The notes beneath the pieces were generated by a model that did not search any database, was not told where the DNA came from, and saw nothing but the letters and a program-made list of their open reading frames with translations. 54,747 bases of DNA from a virus (lineage: Duplodnaviria > Caudoviricetes), in IMG/VR virus record IMGVR_UViG_3300017910_000157, positions 1 through 54,747 of that record, one strand, 5' to 3'. This document shows positions 8,421 through 18,223 of the stretch, piece by piece (the first letter of the stretch is position 1; every line of letters starts with the position of its first letter). The translations under genes were made by a program, and so were the position numbers.

Positions 8421-9326
8421 TTATGCTCCGGGGGAACCATAAATTCCAAGTGGGTCAGAGACACCGAATGAATAACGCTCACGCGCTTTGTAGCGCACGT
8501 TACCTGTATCGAAATCTCCGTCCATACCCGTCTGCATAGCAGTACGCACAAAGTGCTTCATACCGTTAGGGATGTCAGTGGTGATAAAGAACGCATCATT
8601 ATCTGTCAGATAGTGATTAACAGTATAGCCCTCTGGGATAGATCCGTTTGAGCGTAACGCGTTAAGATCGTTATCTGCTGTTCCAACACGTAACTCTGTC
8701 TGCAGAAGTCGAGTTGCAACAAACATCAACGCTGGTGGAATGATAAGCTTGCGTGGACGCGCGGCGATTAATAGACCACGTTCATCAGTGAACGCAGCAA
8801 TATCAATCACAGCTTGTTCAAGCGAAGTCTCATTCAAATCAGCAGCAGTTGCTAATGTGTTCGCATTGTTGCCACCTTGCACTGTTGGGTGCGAAGTTGA
8901 AAACAAAGTTACACCATCACCTGAACTGAAGGTGCTAAACCCTGTGTTCAACAAAGATGCCGCTTTGGTTTGCTTAGTGTACGCCATACCACGGGCAAGA
9001 GCCTTAGTATAACGAGCAGAAAGCGAATCATACAAATTATCTTCCATCGCTTCTTCTGTGATAGAAAATCCCATTGCAACCGTTTCGTGGTTGTAACGAG
9101 CCGTGAAAGATTCCTGTGCGGTATCATATGAGATCGCGGAACCCTCTGGTTTTACTGGTGCAGCACCAAAACCAGAAAGTTTTGTTTCCTCTTCAAAGCT
9201 ACGCTCTGAAGTTTCAGTCTCATATATCTCTGCATGTTCGTTTTCGTACTTGTCGTACTCAAGTCCAAACAATGCGTTCAAACCGGGCAGCAACTCTTTC
9301 AGAAGCTGGGCGCGAGAAATAGCCAT
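8421..9326 (-). CDS. Major capsid protein (Mu gpT-like, HK97 fold)
   Basis: MAISRAQLLKELLPGLNALFGLEY N-terminus and KARERYSFG C-terminus; strong AAGGAGG RBS; followed by a terminator. Confidence 0.9.
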   Translation of the reverse strand: MAISRAQLLKELLPGLNALFGLEYDKYENEHAEIYETETSERSFEEETKLSGFGAAPVKPEGSAISYDTAQESFTARYNHETVAMGFSITEEAMEDNLYDSLSARYTKALARGMAYTKQTKAASLLNTGFSTFSSGDGVTLFSTSHPTVQGGNNANTLATAADLNETSLEQAVIDIAAFTDERGLLIAARPRKLIIPPALMFVATRLLQTELRVGTADNDLNALRSNGSIPEGYTVNHYLTDNDAFFITTDIPNGMKHFVRTAMQTGMDGDFDTGNVRYKARERYSFGVSDPLGIYGSPGA

Positions 9327-9338
9327 GTTTCAGCCTCC

Positions 9339-9941
9339 TTAACTTGAGCCAGTAGTTGACGAGTGCTGATGGTAATTAAACTTACACACCAGAATCGGGA
9401 AAGATGTACCCTTCTCATCACCCTGATCACCGCCAAGATAGTCGATAATACGGATTGGGTTTTGAGGATCAGTATCTAGCTCAGAAATGTCCAGAGCAAC
9501 ACGACTAATGTTTAGCGTGGTGTTTGGAGCAGTTTGAACCAAAAGAGTATTCTTACCATAGATATCGCCAGTATTTGTTGGCGCACCGTCAGCTTGGATT
9601 GTGAACAAAACATTTGGATCATCAACGACATAGGCCATTGCATCAGATGCAACAGTACCTGCAGGCCATTTTTGACTAAATGTCATTTGGTTAGTATTTG
9701 GATCTGTAAACTTACAGCCCAAAAAGATACCAACGATATCAATCGCGGTACTATCATCCCCTGTAGCGGACTGCTTTTCAATTGTTGTCGCAGTGCCACC
9801 ATCCACAAGTTGTACAATATCTCCAGTGCAGATATTTGTATTGTAGCCAGAAGCAACAGGATATTGACGGAACACTTCAAGCGAACCGCTATCCAAGCGA
9901 CCAATTGGACGCAGACCAAAGGGAGCAGCAGTAGAAGACAT
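9339..9941 (-). CDS. Capsid decoration / minor capsid protein
   Basis: APFGLRP and GDIV motifs; immediately upstream of the major capsid gene. Confidence 0.6.
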   Translation of the reverse strand: MSSTAAPFGLRPIGRLDSGSLEVFRQYPVASGYNTNICTGDIVQLVDGGTATTIEKQSATGDDSTAIDIVGIFLGCKFTDPNTNQMTFSQKWPAGTVASDAMAYVVDDPNVLFTIQADGAPTNTGDIYGKNTLLVQTAPNTTLNISRVALDISELDTDPQNPIRIIDYLGGDQGDEKGTSFPILVCKFNYHQHSSTTGSS

Positions 9942-9983
9942 ATCTTCTCTCCTTAGTCTAGGTTAAGCAAAAGTTCGGTAGAA

Positions 9984-10427
9984 CTACTTGCCGAATGAAG
10001 TCCTCGTAGACCGCTCTGGGTTCAAAACAGGCATACGAGGGTCTGATTGTCTCAAGTAAGAATTATCCACAGCTTGCATCTGACTATGTGCCTGATCAAG
10101 TTGTGCTTCTTTCCTAGCTTGAACATTTTCGGTAGAGTTCTGGCATAACAGTAATCCACCGACCTCAATATTGTCTTGAAATCGTGAGTCGATATCAGAC
10201 ACAATGTGAAGGTTTGGATGGTCCTCTTTCCGAACAGGTGTCCAACCTTCACGAAATCTGGAAGAAACATTCGTGTTATCTACGTTTCCCAAGGTAGCTG
10301 TGCGAATCCAGCGGAACTCAATGCCCTCTCTGGGTTCGGGGGTAGGTAACATCGAAGGTCTCTGCCACGACACTTTACGTTTAGACTCTTCACGAGTCTC
10401 TGTGGTGCGTGAGGTTCTGTTCGTCAT
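9984..10427 (-). CDS. Conserved head-module protein
   Basis: FRWIR, REGW.PV and VGGLLL motifs; between the scaffold and capsid genes. Confidence 0.6.
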   Translation of the reverse strand: MTNRTSRTTETREESKRKVSWQRPSMLPTPEPREGIEFRWIRTATLGNVDNTNVSSRFREGWTPVRKEDHPNLHIVSDIDSRFQDNIEVGGLLLCQNSTENVQARKEAQLDQAHSQMQAVDNSYLRQSDPRMPVLNPERSTRTSFGK

Positions 10428-11389
10428 TTAGACATATCCTTCATTAACTGCGCCGCATATTGCTCATTTGTCAGACCAAGCCGCTTGGCGAGAGAGGCTT
10501 GCGTTGAGGTCAGTCGCACTGTGCGTGGCTTTTTAGTCCCTTTGGACGGTGCGGCAACCACGGAACCGGCCTGACGTTGGGGTGCTTCTTCCTCAATTGA
10601 CCCATCGTCAAACTTATCTGGAAAGACTCGTCTTACAGACTTGTCTATTTCATCATAGTACTGATCGCTTCTCGGATCAATACCTTGTTTCACAAGCTTC
10701 TCATGAAGCCCATATGCGTATCCTGTCATCTCAGGATCTGTTTCAAACCACGTATTCTTCTTTCCCCAGTCTAGAGCTTTTTGGTCTACCTGTGGTGGTT
10801 GAGCCGCAGGTTGTTGGTAAGTAGGCTGCGGATCTTGCTGTTGTACTCTTTGTTGTGGTTTGTAGCTATCAACACGATATTTTTCATTTTGGATAATTGT
10901 AAGTTGTTCTTGTGCAGCAAGAAGTGCATCAGGATCTCCAGACTCATAAGCAGCCTTATACGCGGCTTTTGCTTTATCCATCTGTGCGTCAATACGCCCT
11001 TTCGCCTGATCAATTAGAGTGGCCTCTCCTTCATCAAGCGTTTTCTTTAACCTGTCGTTTTCGGCCTTTACTTGCTGTGCATAACGTAAAGCTTCTTCTT
11101 GTAATTTAGTAGCCTCAAGTTTTTGCCGTTCTTGCTCCCGTGCTTCAAACTTTAGTTTATTTAGACGCTTTTGTACTCCTGCAGAATACGTCTCTATCTC
11201 TTCTTCAGAGGGAACTTCTGGTTCTCTATCCGCTTCTAAACGAGGCTTTTCTTTTTCAGGTGTATCATCGACAACCTCAATCTCGAAGTTGTCATCACTT
11301 TCTTCCACCTGCGCATCAGCCTGTGCGCTCTCTATTGCTTCTGCAACGGTTTCTTCTTTGAACTCTTGCTCTTCAGCTAAATTACTCAT
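10424..11389 (-). CDS. Scaffolding protein
   Basis: Acidic N-terminus, long coiled coil, W...N.WF motif, C-terminal AKRLGLT..QYA helix; head-module position. Confidence 0.7.
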   Translation of the reverse strand: MSNLAEEQEFKEETVAEAIESAQADAQVEESDDNFEIEVVDDTPEKEKPRLEADREPEVPSEEEIETYSAGVQKRLNKLKFEAREQERQKLEATKLQEEALRYAQQVKAENDRLKKTLDEGEATLIDQAKGRIDAQMDKAKAAYKAAYESGDPDALLAAQEQLTIIQNEKYRVDSYKPQQRVQQQDPQPTYQQPAAQPPQVDQKALDWGKKNTWFETDPEMTGYAYGLHEKLVKQGIDPRSDQYYDEIDKSVRRVFPDKFDDGSIEEEAPQRQAGSVVAAPSKGTKKPRTVRLTSTQASLAKRLGLTNEQYAAQLMKDMSK

Positions 11390-11754
11390 ACTCGTGTGTA
11401 CCCCCGTGGATCATCAACTACAGCTTCAACAGTGTCATCATTAATTAAACGAAACTCTTTTCCATGAATCTTAAATCGCGTGCCTGAGTAAGAACGAAAG
11501 ATAACAAAATCTCCTTCTTCACAGTACGGACCATTTGGAAATCGGTCTTTATCAGAGTAAGCATCATTGCCCATCTTGATAACAAAACCTATTATTGATG
11601 CAGTTTCTTCGGCGGATCGCATACCATCTGGCATAAATACGCCGCCATCAGTTGTTTCACTCACTTCGGGTATACCTATTAGGATTTTATATCCTTTAGG
11701 TTGTGGTAGCTGTGTTGCTACTTTCTCCTCAGTTGTTTTTTTACCTGTATACAT
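11386..11754 (-). CDS. groES: GroES/Cpn10-like co-chaperonin
   Basis: P.GYKIL, TDGGVFMP mobile loop, GDFVIF..YSG and RLINDD.VEAV. Confidence 0.8.
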   Translation of the reverse strand: MYTGKKTTEEKVATQLPQPKGYKILIGIPEVSETTDGGVFMPDGMRSAEETASIIGFVIKMGNDAYSDKDRFPNGPYCEEGDFVIFRSYSGTRFKIHGKEFRLINDDTVEAVVDDPRGYTRV

Positions 11755-11840
11755 TTATTTACCTTGCAGTGATTAAAGGTTCACAGAAACCTTGCGTGGA
11801 TTCATCCACGAAGCCCCACCATCAAATAGAATAAAAAATT

Positions 11841-12032
11841 CTATTCTTCAATAAATCTTTTCTCTAACTCATCTAACTCCCTTTCAAGTGTCTTTAATCC
11901 TTCATAGCGCCCAACAATTCTGTTGTAGCGGTTCATATCCTCGGCACCACCATCAGCTAAAAACAACTCTATTTCTGTTTTATATTGTGCAATGACCCGC
12001 TGCATGAGTGTGATTATACTACTGTCTTCCAC
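11841..12032 (-). CDS. Hypothetical protein
   Basis: Y..IVG...GL motif; follows the portal gene. Confidence 0.6.
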   Translation of the reverse strand: MEDSSIITLMQRVIAQYKTEIELFLADGGAEDMNRYNRIVGRYEGLKTLERELDELEKRFIEE

Positions 12033-14436
12033 CTTTTGTTAGCTCCCGTGCCACTTCTATACCCAGTTTTGCGCCTTCACGCTGATCTGCGCGTTGGTTT
12101 TTATCAAGCTCTGTTGCAAGTTCTACCCCCAGTTTTGCACCTTCGCGTTGATTCTGAGATTCTATCTTTTTAGCTTCAAGTTGAAGTTTAGCTTGATCAA
12201 GCTGCATTTTGTGTTGCAACTCTGCTTGTTTCAATTTCATCTCTGCTTGTTGCATTTGCACAACAGGATCTTGCTGTTGTTTCTGTATTTGCTGTTGTTG
12301 TGCTTCTGCTTGATCTTTCTTCAACAACTTACCAGCCGCTTCTTGAGTTAGACGAGATACACGTACCTCTAAGTCTTCAGGTAGTGGTTGATCTTGTGGT
12401 GGCATCTCTACGCCAAGCTGCTTTTCTATCTCCTTACGATATTGAGCGGCAACATGTTCAGTAATATGTGCAGCCATATTTTGCTGTATAACCTTTGCAA
12501 ACGGAGACTGACCTATCATCTGCATAATCTTCGGATCTTGCGCTGCAGCCATATGAACAGCGATGTGGGCCTCATGATCTTGATACGCAAATACCTTCAC
12601 AGGCTCTTGCTTCATAATCATCATATTTTCTGTTACAGGATCTGCTGGTTTAATTTCATCTGGTAGCTTGATTATATCACTAGCGTCTTGAATACCAAGA
12701 ACTTCTAACATCTGACGATGAAGCTGACCCATATCGTATAACTGTGGTGCTTGCTGGGCCAACTGTAACGCTGCCTGATACTGCATGATACGCTGGGACA
12801 TAGTTGCAGCATTTGGGTCAGATACTGGAATTACATCAACACGTTTATCAAAGTCTTGTGTTCTGCTAAAATTACCTTCCATCTCGTATGCGTATTCGGC
12901 AGGCATATAATCATGAACGATTTTTGCAAGTAGACGTAGTTCCTTCTTCATCGCGGCATGAAGGCGAGCCTGTACACCAGACATCACCTTCATGGACCGC
13001 TCCAGAAGCGCAAGAGTTGTGCCGACTGGTGCTTGAGCATTCATGTCACCAACCTGTATATCGGCAACAGACCCTATGCGCCTTCCTTCTTCGACAATAT
13101 TTCCAAGCAACGAGTAGAGTACACCACTTGGCTCTTTGTAAGGAATAAACGTAATCGAATCACGGATGGCACCACCCGGCACGTCCACATCCCTAAATTC
13201 ACCCGGCATAAGAGGAGTGTCGTCGCCTTTAATACGCATACCCCTAGCTTTAAGGCCAGCAGGTAAGTTTGATAAAGTGCCAGCGTCAATAAGCTGACGA
13301 AGGATAGACGTAGCGGATTTAGCCAAGCCACCAATGAGGTGAATAAGACCCGTCCCATAGAACCCAAGACCCGGAAGATATTTGTAGTGAACAAAGTGCT
13401 GACGCTTCCGTTTTTTAGGGTCATCTTCGTACCAATTCTTTCTAATAGCTAATATCTCTTGTGAAGACTTCTCTATGGTTATGACATATGGCCTTGCTAT
13501 ACCATCAGGGTCGTCAAACTCCTCGGGCATATTGATGTCGATATGCATTTCAAGAATTGTATAACGATCATCATCTTCGATAATTGCGCTCTCACCATCA
13601 AGCTCATCATACTTTTCTTGTATATCAGAAAAGTCTGGAGCAGGGTCCGGGAGGTCTATGTCTTTATAAAACCCTGCAACCTGCAACTCTAAGATCTCAT
13701 TCTTAGTTTTCTTCATGACGTGTGTATATCTTGGACAGGTCATAAGATCAGTTGTGCCATAGGATGCCACAAAGTCCTCAGATGGGACAAATACGGCACA
13801 TGGCCTATCCATTAGAGGATCATAATATACTTTTTTGAACGCAGAGCCAGCAAGAGGGAGTTTAAATAACATCTGCTCAAGCTCATCCCTATACTCTGTC
13901 ATCTCCTCGGTTAGAAGATAATTCATCTCAGTTTCTACACGTTCAGCTTGATCTGTCTTTTCTGGGGTCATTTTCCCCATGATTTTAGTTCTGACAGGAC
14001 CACTCGCTGGAAACAGCTCTCCCATAGCCTGTGCTTGAAATCTTACAACAGATTCAGTCAATACGGGATGAAATACACCAGAGGCTCCAGCCCACGGCTG
14101 CTGACGCTCCTCTATCTTCATACCCAAAAGATCAAGCCCTTTTACATAGGATCTAGCCCAATCAGCCCGTGACTCTCTATCTGAATTAAAATCTTCAACC
14201 AACTCAGAGGCCATAGATTGCAGATCGCTCTCATCAATAAATTCTGCAAGGTTTGAATCGTGATCTGGACCTATAAGATCTTGAGTAACCTCACCAGTAA
14301 AATCAATAACAACACCACCATCTTCTGTTTCCATAGAAACAGCGTCTGGGTTTACTATCTCGACTGTAAGTTCTTCTTCAGAAGGGTTGCTTTCCATATC
14401 CAGCTCTGCTGGAACCATAGGTTTTTCGATAGCCAT
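12019..14436 (-). CDS. Portal protein (P22-like with coiled-coil barrel)
   Basis: ~805 aa next to TerL; PW.GASGV.HP, GSAFKKVY and GFYG.GLIH motifs; Gln-rich C-terminus. Confidence 0.85.
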   Translation of the reverse strand: MAIEKPMVPAELDMESNPSEEELTVEIVNPDAVSMETEDGGVVIDFTGEVTQDLIGPDHDSNLAEFIDESDLQSMASELVEDFNSDRESRADWARSYVKGLDLLGMKIEERQQPWAGASGVFHPVLTESVVRFQAQAMGELFPASGPVRTKIMGKMTPEKTDQAERVETEMNYLLTEEMTEYRDELEQMLFKLPLAGSAFKKVYYDPLMDRPCAVFVPSEDFVASYGTTDLMTCPRYTHVMKKTKNEILELQVAGFYKDIDLPDPAPDFSDIQEKYDELDGESAIIEDDDRYTILEMHIDINMPEEFDDPDGIARPYVITIEKSSQEILAIRKNWYEDDPKKRKRQHFVHYKYLPGLGFYGTGLIHLIGGLAKSATSILRQLIDAGTLSNLPAGLKARGMRIKGDDTPLMPGEFRDVDVPGGAIRDSITFIPYKEPSGVLYSLLGNIVEEGRRIGSVADIQVGDMNAQAPVGTTLALLERSMKVMSGVQARLHAAMKKELRLLAKIVHDYMPAEYAYEMEGNFSRTQDFDKRVDVIPVSDPNAATMSQRIMQYQAALQLAQQAPQLYDMGQLHRQMLEVLGIQDASDIIKLPDEIKPADPVTENMMIMKQEPVKVFAYQDHEAHIAVHMAAAQDPKIMQMIGQSPFAKVIQQNMAAHITEHVAAQYRKEIEKQLGVEMPPQDQPLPEDLEVRVSRLTQEAAGKLLKKDQAEAQQQQIQKQQQDPVVQMQQAEMKLKQAELQHKMQLDQAKLQLEAKKIESQNQREGAKLGVELATELDKNQRADQREGAKLGIEVARELTKGGRQ

Positions 14437-14599
14437 AAGCACTCTCTCTGGTGTGACTTAGTTTACTGTACACAAAAATCACGATGTGGTCTATACTCTT
14501 AGTTGGCGAAGCACGGCGGTGGGGTCACCGCGCCTCGCCGTGGGACACGGGAAGTGGAGTCCCAAGTAGGTTGTAGACAATACATGGTACAAAAACAAG

Positions 14600-15067
14600 A
14601 TGATAGACCCCGTAACTGCCATCGCAGGTTGTACTGCTGCTTTTAACGCCATCCGTAAGGGCTGTCAGATCGGAAGAGATCTAGAGAGCATGGGTAAAGA
14701 TTTATCCAGATGGTCAAAAAGTTTAAGTGATTTTGAGTTTGCAGCCAAACAAATAGAAAAACCTCCGTGGTACAAAACTTTGGGTGGCGGTATAGAGGCC
14801 CAAGCTATGGAACTATTTGTGCAACGTAGGCAGATACAGGCTCAACGCGAAGAATTAAGAACATGGATCTCTGGAACATTAGGTCCATCCGCATGGCAAG
14901 AGCTATTGAAGATAGAAGCAGAAGTGAGGAAAGCTCAACGAGAACATGAATACAAAAGAATAGAAACTTGGCAAACAATTACAGAGTGGGCTGCTGGCAT
15001 ATTTTTATTCTTGTTTTGCGTTGGTGGATTGTTTGCGTTGGTTTGGCTTATGAAGACCGCAAACTAA
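14600..15067 (+). CDS. Hypothetical protein with C-terminal transmembrane helix, antisense to the packaging operon
   Basis: MIDPVTAIA... 155 aa, helical with a hydrophobic C-terminus; stop overlaps the TerL stop. Confidence 0.7.
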   Translation: MIDPVTAIAGCTAAFNAIRKGCQIGRDLESMGKDLSRWSKSLSDFEFAAKQIEKPPWYKTLGGGIEAQAMELFVQRRQIQAQREELRTWISGTLGPSAWQELLKIEAEVRKAQREHEYKRIETWQTITEWAAGIFLFLFCVGGLFALVWLMKTAN

Positions 15068-16632
15068 TAATACTCCACAGGTCTGCGGTATATCGGTTCA
15101 TCGTCCCACTCATCCGTGGGTAAACGAATAAATCCCCCCTGCCTAAATCGCATAAGTGCCATGACTGTAGAGTCAACAAGGTCATCGTTAGACATAAATG
15201 GAAACCCTGCAACTTCTTCTACAACCTCCTCAGCCCATCTTTTGTCAGGGACCCAGACAAAACCACTGGCAATAATATCCGAAATACTATTTAGACGTGC
15301 CATCTTATCACCCGTACCCCTATGGGGTGTGTATTCTTGTACAGGTAATCCCATACGACGCATTTCTTGATATAACGCCGCTCCTGCAGACTTCTTCTCC
15401 ACAATAAATGCATCGGGTTCCCACTCATCATATTCCCTTAAAGCAAGCTCTTTCAGTTCAGGAAACTCAAGTCGCTCCTTTATGCTATGTAGCAAGATGA
15501 TGTGATGTGCATTTTCTTCCTCATTAAAGAACACACCCCATGTGGTGAGAGCAGTATAGTCAGCGCGATTGTGTTTTTCTGCCGCCGCATCAAGCGACAT
15601 GATAATATATTCCACAGACGGAGGATCATCTTTGGGCCATAGCTGCCACCACTCACGTTTTACTATAGATGCTTCTTCTGCCGTAGGGTTTTGTTGATAC
15701 TGCGCATTCCACTGGAACGTAGGCATAGATGCTTTTGTACGTTCCAAAGCCGCTAAATCAAAGAAATCAGGCCACAACGGTTTTTGTATGGGCCGACCAT
15801 TTGCATCTTCAGAATCTAAAAGTGCGGGGAACTCAATAATTTCGTATTGATCAGCCCCTTCGTTCTTCACCATATCGTTAGTTACACGTCCCGTGAGGTC
15901 ATCCATATGCCAACGGGTCTGAATAATTGCTACTCGACCTCCCGGCATAAGACGAGTACGCGCACCGAAGGTGAACCACTCGTAAGCTTTTTCAAACACA
16001 GAGAAGTTTCCGTTGATAACATCCTGTTCTGAATGGGGATCGTCAACGAGCAGGAGGTCAGCACCCCTACCAGCGAGAGCAGACCCAATACCACACGCAT
16101 AATACTCACCCCCAAAGTTTGTATTCCACCTACCCGCAGATTTACTATCTACCGCTAGGGAAACCTTTGGGAATATTGTTATATACTCGTCTGAGGATAT
16201 GAGATTTCTAACTTTCCTACCAAAATCTACCGCTAAGTCGGTAGTATGAGACACCATCATGACTTTTCTGTTAGGATTACGCCCCAAAAACCATGCTGGA
16301 TAGAATATAGACACTAATTGAGACTTACCGTGTCGTGGGGGGATGTTTACACAGATACGATCCTTATTTCCCGCCTCAATAGCCATCAATTCGTCAGCAA
16401 GAATGCGGTGATGCCGCCCAACTTTGTAATCTGGCTGCATTCTTTTACAAAATTCTATCAAATCATCCTGCGCTGCGGTATTTTGTTTGCGAATATCCAA
16501 TTCATCCGCGATTTTTTCTATTTCTGCTAACTCTTCTTGCGAATATACGTCTAAATTATCCAACATTCGTTGTATTTCTAAGGGGGAAAACCCCATATCT
16601 GCTGCAACATCCGCAAGAACAGGCTCAGTCAT
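15064..16632 (-). CDS. terL: Terminase large subunit
   Basis: Walker A PPRHGKS, Walker B LLLVDDP, TRW coupling motif, nuclease SLD...DY and NDDLVD. Confidence 0.95.
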   Translation of the reverse strand: MTEPVLADVAADMGFSPLEIQRMLDNLDVYSQEELAEIEKIADELDIRKQNTAAQDDLIEFCKRMQPDYKVGRHHRILADELMAIEAGNKDRICVNIPPRHGKSQLVSIFYPAWFLGRNPNRKVMMVSHTTDLAVDFGRKVRNLISSDEYITIFPKVSLAVDSKSAGRWNTNFGGEYYACGIGSALAGRGADLLLVDDPHSEQDVINGNFSVFEKAYEWFTFGARTRLMPGGRVAIIQTRWHMDDLTGRVTNDMVKNEGADQYEIIEFPALLDSEDANGRPIQKPLWPDFFDLAALERTKASMPTFQWNAQYQQNPTAEEASIVKREWWQLWPKDDPPSVEYIIMSLDAAAEKHNRADYTALTTWGVFFNEEENAHHIILLHSIKERLEFPELKELALREYDEWEPDAFIVEKKSAGAALYQEMRRMGLPVQEYTPHRGTGDKMARLNSISDIIASGFVWVPDKRWAEEVVEEVAGFPFMSNDDLVDSTVMALMRFRQGGFIRLPTDEWDDEPIYRRPVEYY

Positions 16633-17209
16633 CTTTCAAACCAAACTCTTTATCCAAATCTATGGTAGAAGAATCCAAAACAACAGCGTCTTCTACGGGT
16701 TTAACAAGTTTTGCTAATTTAGAACGCAATCTTTCTTTTAAATCATCAGTGGTTTGATGTGTTATTGTCACTTCTGTGCGTTCTGCAAACAAACCTACGT
16801 CAGCAATCTTACCTAAAAGCTCTAAAGCACGTAATCTAGCCCGAACATCAGGACTCTCTGTCTCTTCTATCAACTTATTTGTAACGAGATGCCGTATCTG
16901 AGTAGCACTTTCTACTACAGAATGCCCAAAATTCTTTAAAATTTGATCTGTTAAGAGCAAAGATGCAGGTGTGAGGGATGCGGTACGGGCTGGGGTGGCT
17001 TTTTTGGATGTCTTCTCAGGATCTGCCGCATATGCCATAGCTAATTTTGCAGATACATCTTTGTCGTCACCATTAACTTCTACTTTTAACCCGTGTTCAG
17101 ACAAAAAATTTACAGTTGCCGCCGCCGCAGAAGCGCGTTTTGCCAAGTCTTTGGTCTTACTAGGTGGGGGTATGGGTATACCGCCTTCGGGTTCAATATG
17201 GATTGCCAT
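16625..17209 (-). CDS. Probable terminase small subunit
   Basis: Directly upstream of and overlapping terL; RLRALELLGK...GLF motif. Confidence 0.65.
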   Translation of the reverse strand: MAIHIEPEGGIPIPPPSKTKDLAKRASAAAATVNFLSEHGLKVEVNGDDKDVSAKLAMAYAADPEKTSKKATPARTASLTPASLLLTDQILKNFGHSVVESATQIRHLVTNKLIEETESPDVRARLRALELLGKIADVGLFAERTEVTITHQTTDDLKERLRSKLAKLVKPVEDAVVLDSSTIDLDKEFGLKDD

Positions 17210-17295
17210 AATCGCTATATAACTGAAACTAAATAAAACGCAAAATTTTTGTGCAGATTAATATGTATAACTAGTTGTGCGCGTGTGCGCCTAGA

Positions 17296-17317
17296 GGGGG
17301 GTGGGGGGCGGGTGGGG
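17296..17317 (+). other. G-quadruplex-capable tract
   Basis: GGGGGG-T-GGGGGG-C-GGG-T-GGGG at the divergence point of the two gene arms. Confidence 0.7.
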
Positions 17318-17340
17318 ATGCCATATCTACAGCTATATAT

Positions 17341-17368
17341 TTGACACATAGACGTATACGCGTATAAT
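17341..17368 (+). promoter_or_regulatory. Early sigma70 promoter P1
   Basis: TTGACA-16 bp-TATAAT, perfect hexamers. Confidence 0.85.
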
Positions 17369-17438
17369 GGATGACATAGCAGGGCAGATGAGCTGCCTTG
17401 TTAGTAACCTACTAACAGATCTGAGAAAGGATCAAACA

Positions 17439-18173
17439 ATGTTTAATAAACTTTTCAACGCTATTGTCAAAACAGAGACAAGTATTCCAATGATTAAAAA
17501 TAGTGAAGACGTCAATCAAGGCGCTGGCAATTGGATCATTGGTGGCGAACTAAAAAACAAGGCAGTTAAATACTGGTATGACAAAGCTGTCGAGTTAGGG
17601 CATGGATCAAGTGAAAACATCGCCAAGCTATTTGTTTGGAAGGAAGTAAAAAACAGCAATAGCATGCGTGCTTTTTACGACGATTTCAATGCAGCGTTCA
17701 TTATATACCTTGGTGGCGCTTCAGCCTATTCAGTCACATATGCGCCTGATGCTAAAAAGGTCGGACGCGATGAGCCACTATTGCCAGACGCTGGATCGTA
17801 TTGGGCAATTACTGGACGCAAAGGTCTAACACAAAATACCGCAATGGCGGGTGTTGGTGATATGCGTAAAAAGATGAGTGCTGCTTTGGTCAAATATACC
17901 AAAGAGTTGGAAGCGCCAAAGACGCCAGCAAATAAAGGCGCAGGTAAGTCAAAAACAAAGCAGCCTTTGACTGATGCAGGTATAAAATTAATGAACACCT
18001 ACGCGGAACGCCTGCAAAAATTTGATCCTAAAAAAGCGCAAGGCGCGGATAAGCATGTGGATATTGTTGAAATGATGACACTACTCGATCAGATCAGCTT
18101 ACTGCTTGCCGACGCAAACGAAAAAGCGAAGCCCAAGCCAAGAGCAAAAGCTTCGACTAAGAAACCATCTTAA
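17439..18173 (+). CDS. First early protein, unknown function
   Basis: The track start at 17367 overlaps the -10 box. GAAAGGA RBS precedes ATG 17439. The gene has its own promoter and terminator. Confidence 0.75.
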   Translation: MFNKLFNAIVKTETSIPMIKNSEDVNQGAGNWIIGGELKNKAVKYWYDKAVELGHGSSENIAKLFVWKEVKNSNSMRAFYDDFNAAFIIYLGGASAYSVTYAPDAKKVGRDEPLLPDAGSYWAITGRKGLTQNTAMAGVGDMRKKMSAALVKYTKELEAPKTPANKGAGKSKTKQPLTDAGIKLMNTYAERLQKFDPKKAQGADKHVDIVEMMTLLDQISLLLADANEKAKPKPRAKASTKKPS

Positions 18174-18179
18174 ACTATC

Positions 18180-18206
18180 GGGGAGCTTCGGCTCCCCACT
18201 TTTTTT
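18180..18206 (+). terminator. Rho-independent terminator
   Basis: GGGGAGC-TTCG-GCTCCCC followed by a T7 run. Confidence 0.9.
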
Positions 18207-18223
18207 GTGCCTAAATTTTTTTA

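Noticed and set aside
17367-17438. N-terminal extension of the first early ORF
   Set aside because: The ATG overlaps the -10 box; the RBS supports 17439
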